This document shows positions 57,271 through 64,000 of a stretch of DNA of 64,000 nt, piece after piece. The stretch is from assembly GCA_027923505.1 (NCBI GenBank), contig BROI01000016.1, positions 186,001 through 250,000 of the forward strand, written 5' to 3'. The stretch is from Mayamaea pseudoterrestris. Lineage: Eukaryota. The notes under the pieces were generated by a model. It was not told the DNA's origin and did no database searches. It worked only from the letters and a program-made list of their open reading frames with translations. The stretch's first letter is position 1; every line of letters begins with the position of its first letter. Both the position numbers and the translations under genes were made by a program.

Positions 57271-57805
57271 ATGACGATTCCCGAGTACATGCAGCCTCAG
57301 TACAATGAGGTACGAGTAGATGAAGTCAATAGCATGAGGCCCGTGACGATGGTAGTCTTGCTGTCGTAGAGCCGAGTCGATGGGGTTTCTCCGCCGCTGG
57401 ATTTCGTCGGAAAGATTTAATTCTTCCTCGCAATATACAATGACTCACTTTATTCTCGCCTCTTCTCCAATTCATCTCTATATTCGTTTCGAACAGCTCT
57501 CCAAAATGCGCAGCATGATGGAAACCATGAAGAAGCAGCAAGCGCAGCGCGGCGTGGAAGGCCTCAAAGCGCGCATGGCCCACCGCGCGGCCACTCACAA
57601 CTCCTGGCGGCAAATGAAGGGAATGCAGCTGGTCATGCACGAGATTAATCATCCGGGAAACAAGCCATTCGTGATTGGTCTTGGTGTTACCGTCAGTCTA
57701 TTCATGTACGCTTATTTCAAGGGACTTGGAAGCGAAACGGCCAAGCAGGAATCCAAGTATTGGCAGCGTTACCATGCTGCTGGAGGCAGTAGTGCTGGAC
57801 ATTGA
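57271..57805 (+). CDS. Small single-pass membrane protein, possible mitochondrial ATP synthase subunit i/j (6 kDa) homologue (intron 57310-57496)
   Basis: MTIPEYMQPQYNE|GTACGA...GAACAG|LSKMRSMMETM. NKPFVIGLGVT...GL..E.AK.ESKYWQRYH recalls the plant 6-kDa ATP synthase subunit (comparison from memory). Confidence 0.55.
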
Positions 57806-57969
57806 GTTAGTATAGAGGAGGATTTTATTCAGTCTTTACTAGTTTAAGGAGTTAAATGGGTATGTAGTCGTGGAACAGAGTTGGCTGGCAGTAATGGTGC
57901 GGCAGGCTGCAAACAACGAGGACGATACATATACTCGTCGAGCTATTAACGTCGTCACTTTTATAATAG

Positions 57970-60115
57970 TCATTCGTAATCATCCTCCTCTTCGTGACTG
58001 TCCCTCTGTGCAGCATTATTGTAGAGAGAGTTGAGCGACCGATTCATCAAGTGCGTTGACCGATCCACAATGCTGGCGCCGCCAGCGCCGTCGGCCGTGA
58101 CATCCAAAATCTCCACCTGGAGCTGCTGGCAAATCTGCTTGAACAATGGGCGCTTGGACGGATCGTCGTCCCAGGCACTCGTCATCATGTTCATCAGCAT
58201 TGGTGAAACCTTGGCGGCATGCTTGTTCGGTCGCTGCTGCTTGAGTACGACTTGTTCGTAGTGCTTGCGAACGTTGTTGTTTGGAAATGGCACTTGGAGC
58301 GCAAAGATTTGCCAAAACAAAATCGAGTAGCTATAAACGTCGGCCGAGAATCCATACGGCAAGCACTTGATGCACTCGGGGCTCATGAAGCGACGACTTC
58401 CCGTCAAGCCAGTGGCGTCATACTTGTCGGGCGGTTCCACCAAGTCATGCTTTTTAAGTTCCTTGGCCAATCCAAAGTCAAATATACGAACATTGCCGCG
58501 AACGTCAAAGCCAACATTGTCTGTCAATGACAGAGGTGATAGTCGTGATGGCGTAGCGTGAGTGAGTTCGAGCGAGCGCATGAAAGAGGTTCAGTTTGGA
58601 TAAGCAATATCATTACTTGTACGCACCTGGCTTGAGATCGCGGTAAATAATCTTGTGGGCATGTAGATATCGAATTGCTCGCGCAATGTCAAAGGCCGCC
58701 AGCAATCGATCCGCATACAGCTGCTGCCAAGCCTGCATCTTGTTTTTGCGCGAACGTTTCGAAAGCAACGCCAATCCGCAACCAACAAGGCCACGTGGCC
58801 GACACTGTACGCTTCGAGCGACCCACGTGACCATGCGATCCTCCAACGTATCGGTCAATCGATCCATAATGATGCAAAAGTTGACTTGCCCAATCGTTCC
58901 AACCGTTGCTCGTAGACGAACAATGTTGGAGTGCGCCAAGCTTGCCAAAAAGGTAGCCTCGCAGGCCAAGTCAATGGCGGCATTCATAATATGCTGGTCA
59001 TGCTGCTTTTGATAATGACGCTGCTGATCATTAGGCGACCGGCTGTTATTGTCCATTTTTGGAACGCGCAGTCGCTTGAGTGCGTACCGCGCCATGCCCT
59101 CGCGATGAACGTGCTCGGAAAGGCAGTGCTTGGTCTTTTCCAGTACGGCAGCGACTTGCTGCTTTTGATTCGTCGTGGATGACGTAATGGCCGAGTCGAG
59201 AGAATCATGATCGTCCTCATGCTCTTGTTGAGCGTCATTGTCGTCTATTGTATGGTGGTGCGGCTGGTGCGTATCGCCTGGAACGGCATGCGTACCGTAT
59301 CGCGCTTGCTGCTCTGCTTCTCCTTCGTTCTCCATATACAGATTCGTCACGTCTCCCGGTTCCTGCGACGCCGCCATTAAAGCTTCCAGCTCGACCAAAC
59401 TCTTGCTCGACTGGCGCTGATGAGGTGCCGTTGGATTGTCCTGCTTCTTTTGCTTCTTAATAATGTGCGATGGAACAATGATTGACTTTGGAAGCGAGAG
59501 TGAATCGTCGGGAGTCTTTGGATCCTTGGCTAGTGACAAAGACATTGGCTGCTTGTCATTCACATGTTCAGTTTTGCCCTTGTTCTCCGCCTGTTTGCCT
59601 TGCAGCAGCAGCTGCTCATGTTCGATTAACGGAACAATGAGCTTTTGAATCGACAAGACGACTCCAAACTCTCCAATGCCCAGAAATTCTCCAACCTCCA
59701 CGTCACTCGGTTCAAACGAAGGCAAGATTCGTTTCGGATTGCGCTGAAAAAAGCTGCTCTTGTGCTGCAAATCTTTGAGCACTAGTCGCGTATTGGAGAG
59801 AATGAGTGCGGCTTGCGTCTTGGTGGGAACGTGATGCGTAATGGTGTGAGCAGCGGCTGCAGTTGGAGCAGCGCCAGCAGACGGCATGGTCACTGGAATG
59901 TTATGATCCTCATGACTAGGAATCTCATTGGAGGAGCTTTCCGTCGTTCGCTTCGTCTTGTTGCCTGCCGTGGAAACTGTTTGGTCCGAGGTGCTGCCGA
60001 AAGGCTGTTGCGGCTGCTGCGGCTGTTTTGGTCGCAGGGCGCTTCGATCGCCGCGCAAGGATGCGGCAAGATCACCTCCGCCTCCTTTTGGATTCATTAG
60101 AATCTGCATTTGCAT
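57970..60115 (-). CDS. Protein kinase, TKL-like (intron 58521-58626)
   Basis: LGIGEFGVV, YALKRL, spliced YRDLKPDNVGFD, DFGLAKE, GSRRFMSPE, ADVYSYSILFWQI. Confidence 0.93.
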
Positions 60116-60727
60116 GATAGGTCTGGTTTACTACTCTCAATGGGAAGCGAGTTGTCGAGAGGAATGATGTTGATGTTGAAATCGATCATCAATTCCCAGG
60201 GAGCGAATGGAACGCGCTCGAAAGTGTCGCTTCCACTCTTTGATCGCTGGTCACAAAACCGCGAATGACGATTGGGCAAAAGTGATGTTGTCGTAACGGG
60301 AATGACAACCTCGTGGCACGACATGGCTGGCTCGTCGACGGTTTTTCTAGCGTTATCTAATTCAAGTTGAATCATTTCAAATCATTTCATTGGCTATATT
60401 ACGTTTTCAACTGCCGATTGGGCGACGACTGGCGCGAGAAATTTCGTCCCTTTGAAATCCGATGCGACGGCTTGGTTCACCATGACACGCCAAGCGAAGG
60501 TACTAGTAAAACAACGTGCAAAAATCCATTCGCTAGTATCCTTGCGGCAACGAGCGTGAACCATTGTAGCGCTTGCTGCAGAATCTCGTCACAATATATT
60601 CGTTGAGCCTTTCCGTTAAGGAATTATAACGCAGCAATCCAAGCCATTGACTCGAAAGCGCTGCAGAAATCAGACAGCATCCAATATCAAGCCTCTCGCT
60701 CGCTCAACTCCTCTCGCACATTAGACC

Positions 60728-62027
60728 ATGATGCATGCAACGTCGGCTTCTTCGCTCATGTCCGACGACGTAACTGTTCGATGTGTAAGTGTCCTGTAGT
60801 ATTATATGCGATGAAGGAGCAGCTCTCGCGCATGCCTCTCACCTCCATTTCCCTGCTGCACCCTCTACTCGTTCGCAGCGCGTCCTTCGTCGGTCAGCTT
60901 GCAGCAATCAGCAGCAGCAACCTAACGATGAGGAACCCCAGGAAATGACTTGCACGCTGCGTCACTGGGATAAAACGTCTCCCAAGTTTCTTTCGCGGCG
61001 ACAATCGATTGCTCCTTCGCCGTCTGGACCCGAGCTGCTCTTGACGCCACTGCATGACTATTTGCCTCCAGCCATGGTTCGCCGGCGCAGCAGCAACACG
61101 GTGAATGCAAGCAGCAACAATAATCACTCAAATACAGATGATGACGTTTCTCCCAACGGCCATCGTCGACCAAGTGTTCGCAGTAGCAGTCGCACCAGAC
61201 CGTTTGCTCCCATTTCGTCCGTCTCTCTGCCCCTTTGCGATCTGCAAATGTCCCAAGTAGACGCGCAGAAGCGGGAGTTTGACTGGATGACTGGTTCGCA
61301 TGGCTGCTGGCGCATACTGGGACTGGATCGGAATGCTTTTGACATACTGCTGGCCTTTTTGACGGCGCGCATGCAGCCCGAGCGAATGGTCTACTTGACA
61401 AGCGAGGCACCAAACACTTGCGACGACAAGAAGAAGAAGAAAAAGACAAGTACCAGAAAGCCAACGTACGGGTCCAGTAGTTCCATTGGTTCGTCGTCCT
61501 GTCTTGACGTTGATACGCTGACGGCGGCACATTTAAAGGGACGAGCCAACGACGAAACGTTTTCCGAAAAGCTTTCGCGACGAGTCTCTCATGTATTGGC
61601 CGCTGTCGGAGACTGGACGCATGGCATGGGCATTGCGGCGCTCATGGAAGACTTGGATACCAAGTGCTGCAGCGAAAATACAGTATGCTGCAACACTGGA
61701 AAGAATGCCAGTGACGGCGATCCTAGCATGGCTTCGTCCGTGCCCACGAGGCAGCAGCTGCAACCACTACAGCAGCATTCTGTACACGTCATGCCGCAGC
61801 AGCAGCAGGCGAGCCATAGCGCTCGCATCGGAGACAATCACTCGCAACCGATTCAACAGCAAGTATTGCGGCCGTTTCGATATTCGGATTTGGAAATGGA
61901 CGACAATGACAGTGCTTTGACGGCAGGATTGGCAAGTGTCACTGTTCCATTGGCCAGCGCGAGTCATGCGAGTAGCATCATGGAGCAGGACGGAGCAAAC
62001 GTCGTGGCGGATACGCAGCGACTGTAA
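60728..62027 (+). CDS. Hypothetical low-complexity protein (probable intron 60785-60878)
   Basis: ATG at 60728, donor GTAAGT at 60785 and acceptor CGCAG at 60878 join in frame to the 412-codon ORF. No recognised domain. Confidence 0.5.
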
Positions 62028-62123
62028 AAGCGACTGACATGCAATCGGACATGGAGATGCATGAACGTACATCCAAGCAGACTTTCATAAAGTAGTTGCG
62101 GATTGATGATAATTAAACAAAAT

Positions 62124-63983
62124 TTAGATGAATGCACCACCTACTGGAAGGCTTTTTGGACCGTCTTGCTGTACTATGGCATCCAATGACTGAATCAAGA
62201 GTTCGACGCGGGCGTAGCAGTCGCCAGTTTCGGGTCCCAAAACAGCGTAGCCGTTAGCTAGGAAGCGACGAAGCATATCCACATCCGACTTGACGGCCTG
62301 CTCCATGGACTTGTTTGCATGATGACGCGCATTAAATTGCGTCGCCGACCCATGGAGGGCGGCAACAGACGCCTGCAAATCAGCACTCTCGACAAAACAT
62401 CTTAGTCGCGAAATGTGAATGGACATTCTCACAATGTCCTGACAAACTTCTTCGGTCAAGACACCCACATACTCTTCCTTATGAATCGTATCGTCATTTG
62501 TTTTCATGTCAGCCTCCTTTGATTGGTCTTTATCGTCATCAGCACTGAGTTTCCTTGCCCAATGTGTCAGTTCGTCGCAAAACCACTGTTCCACCCCGGG
62601 CAGCTTTTCGGTAGATTTTTGGCTACTGGAATCAGAGCTTGCAACTCGCATGACCTTGTGCAGCAACTCTATTGTGCGCATTGCAAATTCCCTTTCGTCA
62701 ATGAACGTGCCGATCGCAGTTTTCACACATGGTAACGCCAAATCTTTCCATGTGAATCGACCCATTGTTTCGCCATTTCCGGAAAGCGCCCAATAATCAT
62801 CTCTCAATCTCCGAACAGGCAGTCCATGTCGTAGCAATCGTCGCACAATGTGGAACTCGACTAACGAAACGTGCAGTCGCCGGCAACTGACCTCCACTTC
62901 GCCGGCTTTAAGAAATGGGACGAGCCTCAATTGCTGTTTAAATGGGTGTGCCTTCCGTATGGCGCGATACGTCTCCGTAAAAGTGTCCTTGCCTCCAACT
63001 GAATTTAAAGCGGACACTTTATTCGGCGACAAGCGCTTACGCGAAAGCAGCTTGGAAGATGCAGGAACAGACTGCAGTTGCGGCTGCTGCCTCGCCGAAC
63101 GACCTGTCATCGGGGCCATATCTTGGTCAAGCGCAGATTTCGCTGCTGCAATCACATCATTTTGGGAGACACTATTTGGCGTTGAGAGCTTGTGCGGTAG
63201 GTGCCCGGGAATGGCGGGGACTGACTGCGACTGCGACTGCCGTAGAGCCGAATGTCCCGACGAAGCGTTAATGTCTTGGCCAAGTCCAGCCTTCGCTGCT
63301 TCCATGACATCATCGTGGCATTTCTGAAACAATAACCTCTGCTGCGCGACCAAAGCCACTTCTGCAGAGAATGAATCTGTCGGAGACCGTTCTTCCTTGT
63401 TCTGACTGCTACTTTTTGCTCGTGCCTGCAATGGAGTTCCATCCGCAATAGCAAGTTGTAGAGCTCTCGCTGCTTCTGCGACTGCTTCCATGTTTGTCAT
63501 TTCTAGCCAGCGGACTTGGCCTGTAGTGGACAATATCTTATGCAAGAAACGGCCTCTCGTACCCTTGACGGCAGCTACGACTTCTTTGGCCACTTTATCA
63601 CTATTGTGTCGCTCACGTAGCGCTGCCACGTAGTCATTTCGTCGACTACCTGCAATCTCGTAAAAGCGTTTATTACCTGGAAGGCACCAATATGTATCGG
63701 GTTTGTCATTTCCTACCAGAACATCTTGGATATTGATGTCTGTAATTGTTTCATCGGAAAGCGGGTTTTTGAATGAGTCGTTGCCACCAATTGATGCTTT
63801 ACTGACAGAATTCCGCGACTGCGGCTCCGGCGACACGGCGACTGGATGCGAAAACATCCGATTTACTATACAAGCCGGCAATGCAGTACTTTTAACTTGG
63901 TCTGTGTCCGTTGTCGCTGCAGGTTGATCAAAATGAGGTAGCGCCGTCACCGTCGACTTTTTGCAGCGCTGCTCACGCCCCAT
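62124..63983 (-). CDS. DUF6824-like domain protein
   Basis: DVLVG...PGNKRF...Y...KVAKEVVAAV...GRFL...W.EM...A...AARAL resembles the diatom-expanded DVLxGRG/GN/GRFL domain. Confidence 0.65.
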   Translation of the reverse strand: MGREQRCKKSTVTALPHFDQPAATTDTDQVKSTALPACIVNRMFSHPVAVSPEPQSRNSVSKASIGGNDSFKNPLSDETITDINIQDVLVGNDKPDTYWCLPGNKRFYEIAGSRRNDYVAALRERHNSDKVAKEVVAAVKGTRGRFLHKILSTTGQVRWLEMTNMEAVAEAARALQLAIADGTPLQARAKSSSQNKEERSPTDSFSAEVALVAQQRLLFQKCHDDVMEAAKAGLGQDINASSGHSALRQSQSQSVPAIPGHLPHKLSTPNSVSQNDVIAAAKSALDQDMAPMTGRSARQQPQLQSVPASSKLLSRKRLSPNKVSALNSVGGKDTFTETYRAIRKAHPFKQQLRLVPFLKAGEVEVSCRRLHVSLVEFHIVRRLLRHGLPVRRLRDDYWALSGNGETMGRFTWKDLALPCVKTAIGTFIDEREFAMRTIELLHKVMRVASSDSSSQKSTEKLPGVEQWFCDELTHWARKLSADDDKDQSKEADMKTNDDTIHKEEYVGVLTEEVCQDIVRMSIHISRLRCFVESADLQASVAALHGSATQFNARHHANKSMEQAVKSDVDMLRRFLANGYAVLGPETGDCYARVELLIQSLDAIVQQDGPKSLPVGGAFI

Positions 63984-64000
63984 TGCTAAATCTCGTATAG

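Overview
Eukaryotic genomic DNA, most likely from a diatom (inferred from short GT-AG introns, a CoDi-type Ty1/copia element, a bipartite-targeted bestrophin, DUF6824-like and HA-domain proteins). Positions ~5.0-20.1 kb form a repeat island: a 1.3-kb element with perfect 30-bp terminal inverted repeats, inverted copies of a 169-bp satellite, a 181-bp tandem repeat, a frameshifted copia LTR retroelement with a chromodomain-like motif and no target-site duplication, then ~45 tandem copies of the 169-bp satellite. The rest is gene-dense: FEN1, a secreted LEA-like protein, a bromodomain/PWWP-like protein, a DOMON plus DOMON-cytochrome b561 tandem pair, PLRG1/PRP46, a ~3370-aa Uso1/p115-like tether, a CFA/CNMT-like methyltransferase, a plastid bestrophin, an S28 peptidase, a kinase and others. 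The most striking observation is one uninterrupted 1449-aa ORF (44870-49219) joining an XRN1-type 5'-3' exoribonuclease to an intact proteasome beta5 subunit through a linker that contains a signal-peptide-like segment. All calls come from motif recognition by eye; no database searches were run, so novelty is unverified.
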